Origin: a virus
DNA: 64,000 bases
Reading direction: 5' to 3' (one strand)
Virus record (IMG/VR): IMGVR_UViG_3300027797_000019
Coordinates: 1 to 64,000 of that record
Part shown: positions 1-9,705 of the stretch, piece by piece
Layout of the letters: each line of letters begins with the position of its first letter
Position numbering within the stretch: position 1 is the first letter of the stretch
Made by a program: the position numbers and the translations under genes
The notes under the pieces: model-generated
What the model saw: the letters and a program-made list of their open reading frames with translations, nothing else
Database searches by the model: none
Told to the model about the DNA's origin: nothing

Positions 1-118
1 TGTTAATTGTTCTTATACATTTTGTGCAGTAAGCATATGTTCCATTTTCACTGACTTTGATTTGTGGTTGTGGGACTTTGCATTCGCACATATCGTTGCT
101 TGGTTCTTCTTGTTTCAT
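1..118 (-). CDS. small Cys-containing hypothetical protein, runs off the window edge
   Basis: Manual translation from the ATG at 118: MKQEEPSNDMCECKVPQPQIKVSENGTYAYCTKCIRTIN..., with CxC and CxxC motifs. Not in the ORF track. Confidence 0.45.
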   Translation of the reverse strand, partial: MKQEEPSNDMCECKVPQPQIKVSENGTYAYCTKCIRTIN

Positions 119-250
119 TTCTCGTTGGTGTTAAAGGTTTTTCGTAACAAATCTTATATGTTTTTTGTTACATAGTTATTTTTTACTGTCAACAGTTTTT
201 AAAATTGCATAAAGCAGTATTATAACTGTAATTCCGATAAATGTCATGAT

Positions 251-1108
251 TTAAAATATATATCTAATGTGATTCCAGGGAATTATCTCATCATGCAATT
301 GAGTAAACTCACTAATATATTGGGACTTTAAGTTGTGTTTATAACGTATATTAAGCCCACCATATTGAGAAGTTTTATCTTCTTGTATTAGAGGATTCCA
401 TAATAACTCTTCACCCACTAAGTGATTAGAAATGTTATATTGATGTTTATTATGATTATGAGTCAGAAATATAACTTCAGCTTTAACCTGATTTTTATAT
501 TTTCTGTCTACAATAGCATCAACACCTTCAAATAACATTCTATATTGTATTAACCAATCTTCTGTAACAATCACAGGAGAAAAATTGATATGTACGTCAT
601 AACCAGCTTCTATAAAATCATTGATAGCTCTTATTCTATCTATGATTTTTGTAGTATTTGGTTCTAATAAGTCAGCATACTTTTGAGGCATTAAGCTAAA
701 CCTTATACGTATCTTTTGCTTTGGATCATATTTAAGCAAGTCAGAATTCACATATTTTGTAGCAAATGATCCCATAGCACGGGGATGATCTACAAAAAAT
801 TCAAATATTCTTTCCCACTTGTGATATTTTAAATGAAGCGCAAAGTCTTCATTGCAGGATATGTCATATGTAACATATTCTGGATGTGTTTGGTTAGGTT
901 TATCTACTACAGCAAACCAAGCATGATTGCTAATTGCTGTAAGAATATCCCCGGTATTTGTTGCAACATCTAAACCTTCAGGTTTATGTCGCTTCATATA
1001 ACAATAAGTACAATTAAATAAACAACCGTGTCCGAAACTCGGAGAGATGAAGTCTGTGCTTCTTCCGCTCTCACGAATTAACATAGACTTCCTCTCTAAT
1101 AGCTTCAT
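251..1108 (-). CDS. spore photoproduct lyase-like radical SAM protein
   Basis: GHGCLFNCTYCYM radical SAM CxxxCxxC motif followed by Tyr. DISCNED corresponds to the Cys H-donor region. ATK, RIRFSLMP, RIRAIN and GYDVHINFSPVI are motifs typical of the SplB family. Confidence 0.8.
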   Translation of the reverse strand: MKLLERKSMLIRESGRSTDFISPSFGHGCLFNCTYCYMKRHKPEGLDVATNTGDILTAISNHAWFAVVDKPNQTHPEYVTYDISCNEDFALHLKYHKWERIFEFFVDHPRAMGSFATKYVNSDLLKYDPKQKIRIRFSLMPQKYADLLEPNTTKIIDRIRAINDFIEAGYDVHINFSPVIVTEDWLIQYRMLFEGVDAIVDRKYKNQVKAEVIFLTHNHNKHQYNISNHLVGEELLWNPLIQEDKTSQYGGLNIRYKHNLKSQYISEFTQLHDEIIPWNHIRYIF

Positions 1109-1383
1109 AAAGAATTACTTGATTGTTGATTGTAAAGATTTAGCGTAATCTTTTCTTCAATGTCTTCATAATTTGATGGTTTAATACCATCATTCCATTC
1201 AATTTTACCTACTTCGAAAAGTGAATTGTCTAAATCATGATGGAGTTCTACGCTAAAAGGAAATACTTCGTCTGGTTGATATTCATCTTCCCATAAAATA
1301 CCTCCTATAACATAAGTACCCGTATGATAAGTTACCTGACCATAAGGATGTTTGCTGATATTTATGTCGGTTTTTTTAATCAT
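1105..1383 (-). CDS. hypothetical protein
   Basis: 92-aa ORF overlapping both neighbours in a tightly packed operon. Confidence 0.7.
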   Translation of the reverse strand: MIKKTDINISKHPYGQVTYHTGTYVIGGILWEDEYQPDEVFPFSVELHHDLDNSLFEVGKIEWNDGIKPSNYEDIEEKITLNLYNQQSSNSL

Positions 1384-1843
1384 TTTCTGGTATGCTTATA
1401 TTGTTTTGCTTTCTGTATTCAATTTCTTTAAGAATAAGCTTTAAATGCCAGCTTTTTTCACGCAGATTTAATATTTTATCTGCATCATGTAAACCATAAT
1501 AGTCTACAATTGCTTGCAAATGATTGTCTGTAAGTTTATCTAGCGTTATCCATTTTAAAGATTCATTCATTTCTTTACCTCTCGTACCGCGTGTAGCAAC
1601 AGTTCTGACTATTTCATAAAGATCATCATCAAAGTAAGCAATGGTTTCAACAAGATTTAAATCTTTACCACCATAACGTTGATAGTTGTTTCCACCATCT
1701 ACCATTGTATGATTCTCACAAGAGCATGTCTTGTAGTCATGACCATAGTAGGAAACAAGAACTTCATTACAACTTAGACAGCGAACAGCATTGTATACAA
1801 GCTGTCGATTAATATCAAAATTCTTCGATGGTTTCATTGTCAT
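1376..1843 (-). CDS. Zn-ribbon phage protein (CxxC...HD...CxC...VDGG)
   Basis: VRCLSCNEVLVSYYGHDYKTCSCENHTMVDGGNNYQRYGG, a motif common in phage early proteins. Confidence 0.7.
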   Translation of the reverse strand: MTMKPSKNFDINRQLVYNAVRCLSCNEVLVSYYGHDYKTCSCENHTMVDGGNNYQRYGGKDLNLVETIAYFDDDLYEIVRTVATRGTRGKEMNESLKWITLDKLTDNHLQAIVDYYGLHDADKILNLREKSWHLKLILKEIEYRKQNNISIPEND

Positions 1844-2300
1844 TGTCTGTAATTTTAATTGTTACACTTATTAATGTACCGTCATCATTAAAACTTCCAA
1901 ATACTGGATACATTCCGTCTCCAATTGTAGTCGAAAAAACTACACCTACACCAGGATGTCCCATTTTGTAGTTAAGTTGACCAAAACCATCTTCTGAAAG
2001 AGTTTCTTTTGCACAAGCATTGTAACTAAAACTATTTTCTGCTTCAAAAGCATCAATAGATTCCCAATCACCTGTAGTAATTAATTGATTCATAGTTTGG
2101 TTGTCATACTCTGCAATTGGTTTTTCATAATTTTGAAAATCTATTTTGTATTGCAAAGTTTTACCCGTTGATTTACTTTTATAAATACGGATATCTAAAA
2201 AATCTTCTTTTTCCCATTCGCTATCTATATAGCAGGGATCGCAAATAAGGAGTTGTCCAGAGTCTACTCCAGCAACACCGAGAAATTGATTATATGGCAT
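1815..2300 (-). CDS. DUF4241-like protein
   Basis: GVDSGQLLICDPCY and GDGMYPV motifs. Confidence 0.6.
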   Translation of the reverse strand: MPYNQFLGVAGVDSGQLLICDPCYIDSEWEKEDFLDIRIYKSKSTGKTLQYKIDFQNYEKPIAEYDNQTMNQLITTGDWESIDAFEAENSFSYNACAKETLSEDGFGQLNYKMGHPGVGVVFSTTIGDGMYPVFGSFNDDGTLISVTIKITDNDNETIEEF

Positions 2301-2320
2301 AGTTTTTTAATTTAAGTAAT

Positions 2321-2346
2321 TACCCCGGAGTATTTCATCCGGGGTA
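2321..2346 (-). terminator. stem-loop after the VWA gene
   Basis: TACCCCGGA-gtatttca-TCCGGGGTA, a perfect 9-bp stem with only a weak U tract. Confidence 0.55.
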
Positions 2347-2354
2347 TTGTATTA

Positions 2355-4280
2355 TTACATCACATACTTTTCTTGAACCAATTTGTTAATGTGTCTAGAT
2401 AAGTAATTCACCATGTCAATTGGAAGCGTTTTTATGTCTGTCATTTTTACAAAATGATTAAACATTAGCTCTGAAGGAACATGGTTATTAATAGCAATTT
2501 GAATTACTTGAAAACCCATTAGTTTTTCAACTTGGTTAACTTTTTCTTTTGTATCTCTAATACCTGTACCACCATTATATCCACCAGCAGCTGGTGCACC
2601 ATCGGATAAAACGAATAGCATACCATTGTTCTGAGTAAATTTTCGGATACGTTTAGCAGTTTCAAGTATTGCAACACCATCACGATTTTCGCAACGTGCT
2701 TTACAACCACCTAAGGCATAAGGAGACACTGATTTACCTGGTTCACGATAAATATAAATTTCAGTAGTACGATGACCAGTTTGATCTGCAGAGTGACCAT
2801 AAATAAATAACTCAACATCAGTTAATTTACCCAATGCTTCATTAATAAATACAGCTGCTTCTCTTGCTTTATCAATTGAGTCACCAGACATTGAACCAGA
2901 TTCGTCAATTAAAACACCGATACAAATTTTATTAGTTTTCACATGACCTATTCTTTCGTAAATAGTAGGTACATGTTGAACTGCTTCTGCAATTTTATTT
3001 GTATCTAGTCTTCCTGAACGCATTGATTTGAGAACAAAATCGTAGTCTTTACTTTTACGAGAAAGAAGTTTTTTAAGAACTTGAGCTTTGGTAATATCTA
3101 TTTTAGATTTTGTAAGCTCATATCTTGCTTTATTTGTATCAGGTGTTAGAAAATGAATACCTGATTTTGCAGGATCATCATCTTTACCATGTATAAATTT
3201 GCTAGCTTCTTCAGCTTTTTCTATTTCTTCTGTAATAGATTTAGCTATTTCTTCGTTCTTTTCAGATTCTTCAGGTGTTTCAATTTGATCTATTAAATTG
3301 TCATACACTGATTTTACAGAATCAGCAAATGCTGCACTCAAACTAGACTTACGTTTTCTAGTATCTCTACGTTTGTCAGAAGGTGTTTTTTCACTATCAG
3401 ATTTAGTAGAATCATCAGGATTATCATCAGAATCACTACCATCATCACCATCATCACTTCCTTCACCTTCACCTTCACCAGGTCCTGGCGGTGGCGGTGG
3501 TGGTAACGTTTCATCTATGTACTTAATTACAGTATTATAGATTGCTTTAGTGATTTTATCAGCATCTTCAGATGTTCTCGGAATACCGTCAAACTTGTTA
3601 AATATTTTTTGTAAATAATCTACAAGTTTTGAATATTTTTCAAGAAGTTCTTCTGGAACATCTTTAGGATAACGAATCAACATTGTCAAAAGTTGAACTA
3701 CTTCTTCCATTTCAGATTCTGCTGGTTTACTTAACCAACCTTCTGCCTTTTCATAAATATGTTCTTTATGCTTTTGAGCAAATCGACTATATCCGGGATA
3801 AGATTCTGATAATTCTCTATGAATACGTTCATCATCAAGAAGAACGCGTATCATAGATTGTAAATCACCAAGTTTTTTAGATTTATTCACGGCGTTTACA
3901 TATGCTGTTTTATCAGCACTTGTCATAAGTGTGTTCAAACTTGCATTAAGAACACTTTTACCGTAGAAAGCATCTACTTTTTCACCTGTTAATTCTATTT
4001 TACCATCATCATCTTTTAGTATACCAATAGGTAATTCTAATGATGATGTAGCAGCAAAAGGCTTGCTGGTGAAACGGGTGCCCTTTGGGACACCCATTAC
4101 ACGCAACATCGAATTTAAGATGCTTGAAACATCTGAAATTCCTTTTTTACCACGTTTAGAATCAACGAGAAAGTCAGAGTAGTTTTTGTAACCAGTATCC
4201 CAAGATATAAGTCTACGAGAACTGTCATAATAAGAGTAATTATTCTCTTCTTTTCGGTTAAACCAATCTCTGAAACCCAT
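2355..4280 (-). CDS. VWA (MIDAS) domain protein, CobT/MoxR-partner type
   Basis: C-terminal LIDESGSMSG (DxSxS) and LSDGAP, an RSGRLD motif, an acidic/Pro-rich linker, and a position next to the AAA ATPase. Confidence 0.85.
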   Translation of the reverse strand: MGFRDWFNRKEENNYSYYDSSRRLISWDTGYKNYSDFLVDSKRGKKGISDVSSILNSMLRVMGVPKGTRFTSKPFAATSSLELPIGILKDDDGKIELTGEKVDAFYGKSVLNASLNTLMTSADKTAYVNAVNKSKKLGDLQSMIRVLLDDERIHRELSESYPGYSRFAQKHKEHIYEKAEGWLSKPAESEMEEVVQLLTMLIRYPKDVPEELLEKYSKLVDYLQKIFNKFDGIPRTSEDADKITKAIYNTVIKYIDETLPPPPPPGPGEGEGEGSDDGDDGSDSDDNPDDSTKSDSEKTPSDKRRDTRKRKSSLSAAFADSVKSVYDNLIDQIETPEESEKNEEIAKSITEEIEKAEEASKFIHGKDDDPAKSGIHFLTPDTNKARYELTKSKIDITKAQVLKKLLSRKSKDYDFVLKSMRSGRLDTNKIAEAVQHVPTIYERIGHVKTNKICIGVLIDESGSMSGDSIDKAREAAVFINEALGKLTDVELFIYGHSADQTGHRTTEIYIYREPGKSVSPYALGGCKARCENRDGVAILETAKRIRKFTQNNGMLFVLSDGAPAAGGYNGGTGIRDTKEKVNQVEKLMGFQVIQIAINNHVPSELMFNHFVKMTDIKTLPIDMVNYLSRHINKLVQEKYVM

Positions 4281-4290
4281 AATTAATTAT

Positions 4291-5634
4291 TTAAAATGCT
4301 GCAATAATTGATTTTACCTTGCTGCGTTCACTTGCACCAATACCATCTTCAAACAATGGCATAATTGCACTCGAAAGCGCTTTTTCAAGAGCAAAACCAT
4401 CTTTTACAAGATTAGCTGCTAATAAAGTATGGCGTACAGAAATTGCATTAGACAGTTCTTGTTCTTTAAACTGTCTGCGAATCTGATTACCAACTTTTAC
4501 AATAGCTTTTGCACTCTTTTCGTCAACTCCTGTACGATTTACTAAAACGCGTACTTCTTCTTTTTCAATCGGATAATCCAATTCAATAGGGAAGAAACGA
4601 TCCAATAACGCACGGTCAATCATTTGAGTACCTGAATATTCAGATCCTAAGTTTGCAGTAGCAAAAAAGATTGCTTTATCGTGTACTAGAATACGACGAT
4701 CAGCATCTGAATCAGCAATGTCAACAGGTAAGTAACGGCGACGGTCTAGACAAGGAAACAAAATATTATTAGCTGCGAGAGGTGAACGGTTAAGCTCATC
4801 TAAGAGAATAATACCTTCTTGTTGAATATTATGTACAAAAGGTGCATAATCAAATTCACTTTTACCATCGCTATTTAGACGGTGTACACCAAGCAGAGCT
4901 GACTGAGCATCTTGGACAGTACCCATATCTTGAGTATGCATAGGTAATCCCATAGACTGTGCAAGAAGTGCAATCAATTCTGTTTTACCAGTACCAGTAG
5001 GTCCAATGATAAGAGTATTTTCTCCGCGTAATACATTACGTACAAGTAAATACCAGATATCAGGATCAATAAAGAACCCAGCCTTTTTTACATCAGGTAC
5101 AGGATACTTAGATTTGATAAAATCATGTAGAGAACTACCAATTTCAACAGCTTCTTCAATTGTTTCGGGAACAGGTGGGTTTAGAATAGCATCTACATCA
5201 ATTGTATAACCATATGGTGCATACAATTCTGCAAGATTACGTACTTTATGATCTGCTGGAACACCGAAATCATATTCATTTGAAAGAATATGATTAAATA
5301 AGTAAACAAGCTCATCACTTGTGGGATTACTTGCAGGTGTACTTGGTAAAACAAATACATTGTCATTTAAGAAAAGAGCTTTCTGATCAGCAATATGAAT
5401 ATGATGATCACCTGCTAACTGATATTGATTTACTTCTTCACCTGGAGTATCCGACATAGTAGATATAAACCATGTTTGAACAGGGAAACGAAGTATATTA
5501 CCCAAGTTGCAAGATACTTTTAGTGTATCTTCTTCAAAATGTGGGTATTGCTTTTTAATATCATTAAAGTTGAGAACTTTAATATTTACGCCACCAGATG
5601 TGGCATCTGCTTTAAATAATATGTGATGTTGCAT
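4291..5634 (-). CDS. MoxR/CbbQ/CobS-family AAA+ ATPase
   Basis: Walker A GPTGTGKT, Walker B ILLDELNR, ATAN and DRALLDRF. Confidence 0.9.
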   Translation of the reverse strand: MQHHILFKADATSGGVNIKVLNFNDIKKQYPHFEEDTLKVSCNLGNILRFPVQTWFISTMSDTPGEEVNQYQLAGDHHIHIADQKALFLNDNVFVLPSTPASNPTSDELVYLFNHILSNEYDFGVPADHKVRNLAELYAPYGYTIDVDAILNPPVPETIEEAVEIGSSLHDFIKSKYPVPDVKKAGFFIDPDIWYLLVRNVLRGENTLIIGPTGTGKTELIALLAQSMGLPMHTQDMGTVQDAQSALLGVHRLNSDGKSEFDYAPFVHNIQQEGIILLDELNRSPLAANNILFPCLDRRRYLPVDIADSDADRRILVHDKAIFFATANLGSEYSGTQMIDRALLDRFFPIELDYPIEKEEVRVLVNRTGVDEKSAKAIVKVGNQIRRQFKEQELSNAISVRHTLLAANLVKDGFALEKALSSAIMPLFEDGIGASERSKVKSIIAAF

Positions 5635-5650
5635 GTTAGTTTTTTTTTAT

Positions 5651-6265
5651 TTAATGAATTTCAAATCCATTACAATTGCGTAAAAACGCAATGAACCGTT
5701 CAATATTTTTTAGAGAGCTTCCGTGAAAAGGTTCGTACAAAATATCAGGTTTATCGTCCGTTACAAATTCTTTATCAAAGGATAATCTGTTTACACCATA
5801 CTTATTGTTTAGTGCATTCTTTACTGATTCAGAAGGCGTAATAGAAGTTATTCTACCGTGTTCTATAACAGCACGTTGAGACCAGCTGCCTGAAAGCATC
5901 CATACAAATTCAATGTTATCTTGTTTTAGATCATTGACAATTGTTTCTAATGCATTTGCTAAACGATTACATGTATCTAAATCATCAGTTACAAGACCAC
6001 TGTTTTCACCTAACAGTTTGCATTGTTCGTCAGTTAATCCTAAACCATAATTGTCATTTAGACCTATCATTAAATATTGAATAGGTCTCCAAGCCCACCA
6101 GTTATTTCTGAAATAGTAACCCGGGTTGTTATTTTCAAAGTCATCTATTGCTTTAAAATGAGCATCCTTTTCTTCAGAAGATAAAGTATTCCAAATTTCA
6201 TCATTTGGAAATTCAGGTTTTGTACCAATAAGTTTCGGTGAAACACCGTAAATATCTACTCCCAT
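5651..6265 (-). CDS. hypothetical phage protein
   Basis: 204-aa ORF with MGVDIYG, GYYFRNNWWAWRP and FIAFLRNCNGFEI motifs. Confidence 0.75.
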   Translation of the reverse strand: MGVDIYGVSPKLIGTKPEFPNDEIWNTLSSEEKDAHFKAIDDFENNNPGYYFRNNWWAWRPIQYLMIGLNDNYGLGLTDEQCKLLGENSGLVTDDLDTCNRLANALETIVNDLKQDNIEFVWMLSGSWSQRAVIEHGRITSITPSESVKNALNNKYGVNRLSFDKEFVTDDKPDILYEPFHGSSLKNIERFIAFLRNCNGFEIH

Positions 6266-6271
6266 AAAATT

Positions 6272-6724
6272 TTAATTAAAAATGTCTCTGAGATAATTGT
6301 CTAAATCATCTTTGGATGAAGAGTCTGGACCTTTTTCATTATTATCATCTTCTTCTTCGCTTAATTCATGATTAAGCTTGTCACCAAGACTTGATAATAT
6401 TTTATCCATAATTTCATCTGCATGTTTTTGCATTCCTTCATAAAGAATATCTCTTTTGTCAGGATCTAAAACATGCATAAAATGATCCATAGCATCAGTA
6501 AATAATGCTTGTGCAATAAAACGTGTCCTAAGACTATCAACTTGTTTGTAAAGAACTTCTCCAAGTTTCATTAAGTCTTGAGGATTGCCACCGCTTTTAA
6601 TAAAAGAGGGGCATTCAGAATCAGTTTCATTGTGAACTATTGCGATGATATAAGGGTTTTTACCATCGGTTATTTCATCAGTTAGTTCACGAATACGATT
6701 GATAATTTCGCGTGATTTGGACAT
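6272..6724 (-). CDS. hypothetical protein
   Basis: 150-aa ORF in the operon, acidic C-terminus. Confidence 0.75.
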   Translation of the reverse strand: MSKSREIINRIRELTDEITDGKNPYIIAIVHNETDSECPSFIKSGGNPQDLMKLGEVLYKQVDSLRTRFIAQALFTDAMDHFMHVLDPDKRDILYEGMQKHADEIMDKILSSLGDKLNHELSEEEDDNNEKGPDSSSKDDLDNYLRDIFN

Positions 6725-6737
6725 ATTTGGAAGGGTG

Positions 6738-7007
6738 TTAGATTTTATAGACCTTAGTTACTGTTTTTCGTGCAACAGGATCTTTGATGCGTTCTATTAA
6801 ATTATTTTCAATTAAGACTTTGAGAAGTCTACTGATTTTAGTGCGTTTACAATTACACTTTTCAGACATCCATCTTATAGATGGATAACAGAAATCATTA
6901 GGTCCTTGTAAGCAGGAAAGAATTACGTACAGCATCCTAGCTTCCAAATCTATGGTACTGTTGTAAGCAACAGTATTGGGTATTTTGGCATAGGATATTT
7001 TACGCAT
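6738..7007 (-). CDS. winged HTH DNA-binding protein
   Basis: ARMLYVILS...CYPSIRWMSEKCNCKRTKISRLLKVLIENNLIER resembles HTH_36 / replication-initiator N-terminal wHTH domains. Confidence 0.7.
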   Translation of the reverse strand: MRKISYAKIPNTVAYNSTIDLEARMLYVILSCLQGPNDFCYPSIRWMSEKCNCKRTKISRLLKVLIENNLIERIKDPVARKTVTKVYKI

Positions 7008-7012
7008 AGTTC

Positions 7013-7351
7013 TTAGTTAAGATTTTCTTTGATAGAAGAATCGTAGTCTTCAATAATTTCTACAATGGGTTCAAGTTTATCTACAATAGACTGAACTGTT
7101 TTGTAAAACATAGAGTCAGTTAATTCATCCTTGATTTTGTCAGTCATCGGGAGTGGTGCTTCAATGCGAGCACCACTACCCGGTAAATTGACAGTCTTTG
7201 TGATGATTCCTTGCTCTATGTTCTTGTTAATTCTCTTTAATACTTGTGAGAATCGATAATAGACCATGCTGATTTCAACATTATCTAAACCTGCAAACTT
7301 TTCTTGAGCGCTCATATGATTAGGAATTAAGTGACAAAGCGGTGTTTTCAA
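7013..7351 (-). CDS. hypothetical protein
   Basis: ORF in the operon; the true start may be the internal MSAQEK. Confidence 0.65.
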   Translation of the reverse strand: MKTPLCHLIPNHMSAQEKFAGLDNVEISMVYYRFSQVLKRINKNIEQGIITKTVNLPGSGARIEAPLPMTDKIKDELTDSMFYKTVQSIVDKLEPIVEIIEDYDSSIKENLN

Positions 7352-7865
7352 CAGTTACATCAAAAAAGTTTAGCGGTAGCAAACGATTGACAATAAATGT
7401 TTCAATCATTACTTTTTTGTTGATACCTAGTTTCTGATTGGTGACATGACGAGGAACATCCGCTCCCATGTAATAGTCACTAACTTTAGAACCAAGTTTA
7501 GCATGAGGAAAGATTACATTCAAAAGTTTAGTTTCTGCTTTGTAATAAGCATCTACACGAAGCTTTCTTACGAGAAACTGCGCTTTGCTGTGTTCTGCTT
7601 CAATTTTAGATTTAGTCTGTTGAGGCATGTTTGCTATTTCTGATTTAGAGAAATAACCCAAACCTCTTACAAGACGATCGTACATTGTGCTTTGAACAGG
7701 GTTTAAGTGAAGCATTTCCATTTCAGCAATAATTGATTTTTTTGCTGCTTTGTCCTGGTAATACTTTTGATCTAGTTCCTCAGAATAGGGAACAAAATGT
7801 GTTTTGTGGTGATTCTCGTGATGAATCAGAATACCTTTGGCGGTACAGTGGATGGTTTTCGACAT
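7320..7865 (-). CDS. hypothetical protein
   Basis: 181-aa ORF with an A-rich leader. Confidence 0.75.
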   Translation of the reverse strand: MSKTIHCTAKGILIHHENHHKTHFVPYSEELDQKYYQDKAAKKSIIAEMEMLHLNPVQSTMYDRLVRGLGYFSKSEIANMPQQTKSKIEAEHSKAQFLVRKLRVDAYYKAETKLLNVIFPHAKLGSKVSDYYMGADVPRHVTNQKLGINKKVMIETFIVNRLLPLNFFDVTVENTALSLNS

Positions 7866-7913
7866 GATGATTTGGTTATTAAGTTGTACAAAAACTTGAG
7901 TAAGATATACAAA

Positions 7914-7932
7914 TTGTAGAACTATTCTACAA
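7914..7932. promoter_or_regulatory. TTGTAGAA-N3-TTCTACAA inverted repeat (putative operator)
   Basis: Perfect 8-bp inverted repeat upstream of the 7865-start operon. The same half-site recurs at 13197-13211, 16009-16036 and 36663-36696. Confidence 0.5.
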
Positions 7933-7971
7933 AATATTTAAATACATTGATTATCAGATGATTAGAATAAT

Positions 7972-8001
7972 AAAAAAGGGATGCTCTACAAGAGAGCACC
8001 C
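7972..8001 (-). terminator. intrinsic terminator
   Basis: GC-rich stem (GGGaTGCTCT/AGAGCACCC) followed by T6 on the minus strand. Confidence 0.65.
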
Positions 8002-8036
8002 CAATTTTACTTACCAACCATCTATCAACTATACAC

Positions 8037-8243
8037 CTAATTATTCTTTTCTAAAAACACGCCGTCAAGGTCTACAATAAATGAGATCAAATGTGACGTT
8101 ATTACAGGTATGATACTCCAAGGTGCGAGTACAAGCATAAGGATATCCATGTTTATAATATCTCTTTCCCCATACTCAGCAATTAAAATACCGAGTTGTA
8201 ACATATATGTAATGATTAGATAATAACTTAAAAAGTCTGCCAT
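8037..8243 (-). CDS. small membrane protein
   Basis: 68 aa with two hydrophobic segments. Confidence 0.65.
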   Translation of the reverse strand: MADFLSYYLIITYMLQLGILIAEYGERDIINMDILMLVLAPWSIIPVITSHLISFIVDLDGVFLEKNN

Positions 8244-8569
8244 TAGTAAAGAATGATTTGTGGTGTATAAATAGACACTGAAATAAATGGGAAAATATAT
8301 TCACTGTTGGGTAGAGATCCTTTCATAATGTATGCACCGAATGCATCGTATTGTGAATACTCTTCAACTAGTTCTATGTTTTCAGGGTCTGTTCCGAAAT
8401 GGTAAGCTGCTTTATCACGAATGTCTAGTAAAGAATCACCCATGATAAGATAATTTTGCTCTTTCCATGTGAAAGAAGCATACATTTTCATAACTACTGA
8501 TTCTGTTATTGTAGGAAATATTTCTCCATTTTGTAACATTTCAGCATAGATTTCTTTCATTTTGCCCAT
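8243..8569 (-). CDS. hypothetical protein
   Basis: 108-aa ORF, translationally coupled to its neighbour. Confidence 0.7.
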   Translation of the reverse strand: MGKMKEIYAEMLQNGEIFPTITESVVMKMYASFTWKEQNYLIMGDSLLDIRDKAAYHFGTDPENIELVEEYSQYDAFGAYIMKGSLPNSEYIFPFISVSIYTPQIILY

Positions 8570-8579
8570 ATAGGTGTTT

Positions 8580-8921
8580 TTAAATGAATGTGTAATATGA
8601 TTCGTCCGGATCTATAAGATCAAAGAAGTGAAAACGTTGTTTGTAGTATTTTTCAATAGCTTTTGAAACAGATTCATTTTCTGTAAACAACTCTTTTAAA
8701 CAAAATTCAGCAAGCAGTATGTCTTTTAGTGCAACACCGCTGTCGATTGGATGAATGTAAACAATACCAGAACTTAAATTTTGAATTACTGCAATTTGAT
8801 CGGTTGCTAATTCTTCATCTTTGTAACTGTATTGCACATAATTTTCTGGTGTATGCCAGTGTGTTTCTGTTTCTTTTGCGTCAGCATAACGCATAGTCAT
8901 GTAGGCTTCTGATCTTGACAT
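8580..8921 (-). CDS. hypothetical protein
   Basis: 113-aa ORF in the operon. Confidence 0.7.
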   Translation of the reverse strand: MSRSEAYMTMRYADAKETETHWHTPENYVQYSYKDEELATDQIAVIQNLSSGIVYIHPIDSGVALKDILLAEFCLKELFTENESVSKAIEKYYKQRFHFFDLIDPDESYYTFI

Positions 8922-9244
8922 ATATCGTAGGATTTATAGATGGGACTTTTGATTGGGTGGATGTTAAGTCTAAGTGTTTGACAGTTTTTTTTGACACGTT
9001 TTACAAATAGATATTCTATTTCTGTATCTAATCTGTCTTCTGTAGAAACAAAACTTAATGCTTCTTTCATTGTTTCAAAAGCGTAAACTTTTGATGTTCG
9101 ATCGATATGATGAATAGCCCATATTTCAAAACGGACAGGTTCTTCATATTTGTCTTTAAACAAAGCATTACAGTTTTTTTTAAATTTACGGTATGTGGTT
9201 AGCATACTATATAAACGTCGGATGTTTGAATATGATAAACGCAT
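8897..9244 (-). CDS. hypothetical protein
   Basis: 115-aa ORF with an A-rich leader. Confidence 0.7.
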   Translation of the reverse strand: MRLSYSNIRRLYSMLTTYRKFKKNCNALFKDKYEEPVRFEIWAIHHIDRTSKVYAFETMKEALSFVSTEDRLDTEIEYLFVKRVKKNCQTLRLNIHPIKSPIYKSYDICQDQKPT

Positions 9245-9343
9245 AAGATTTAAATTTTAATAGTTTGAATTGCGGCGACAGTTATCAGTGAATCCTAAAT
9301 ACCAATTCTGTTCTTTAAGGGAATACCCACCGCTATCCACCTG

Positions 9344-9682
9344 TTATAGCATACTCATTAAAATTCTTGCTTTTTCATCAGTACTTAACAAACGAAACAT
9401 GTTTGCAAATACTTCTACGCGATCATCATTATTCTGATTATTGCGACGAGATAAATTCTTACGATTGACGTAAGTGGACTTATTAGAAGAAGTGGTAAAG
9501 ATTTCTTTTGTAGAGCGAATGTGATTATAGTAACGCTGTGATACAGCACCTTTACTACGATTAATTACTTCTGCTGCGCATTCGAAAGCTTTTGTAAGAT
9601 TTTCAGGGTTGCTTTTAACACAACTGATAATCGTTTTTTCTTCTTTTTTAGTCCAATAGCGATAAACGTGAGTCTGATTCAT
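9344..9682 (-). CDS. Myb/SANT-like (RsfA-like) HTH DNA-binding protein
   Basis: WTKKEEKTII...AFECAAEVINRSKGAVSQRYY pattern. Confidence 0.6.
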   Translation of the reverse strand: MNQTHVYRYWTKKEEKTIISCVKSNPENLTKAFECAAEVINRSKGAVSQRYYNHIRSTKEIFTTSSNKSTYVNRKNLSRRNNQNNDDRVEVFANMFRLLSTDEKARILMSML

Positions 9683-9705
9683 TTTGATTTAAGAAACTGG
9701 TTAAG

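Noticed and set aside
3400-3505. Low-complexity ATC/GGT repeats
   Set aside because: They encode the Pro/Gly/Asp linker of the VWA protein
7939-7964. TAAatacaTTGATTATCAGatgaTTA palindrome as a dif/Xer site
   Set aside because: Does not match the XerC/XerD arm consensus well enough, and only one copy was seen
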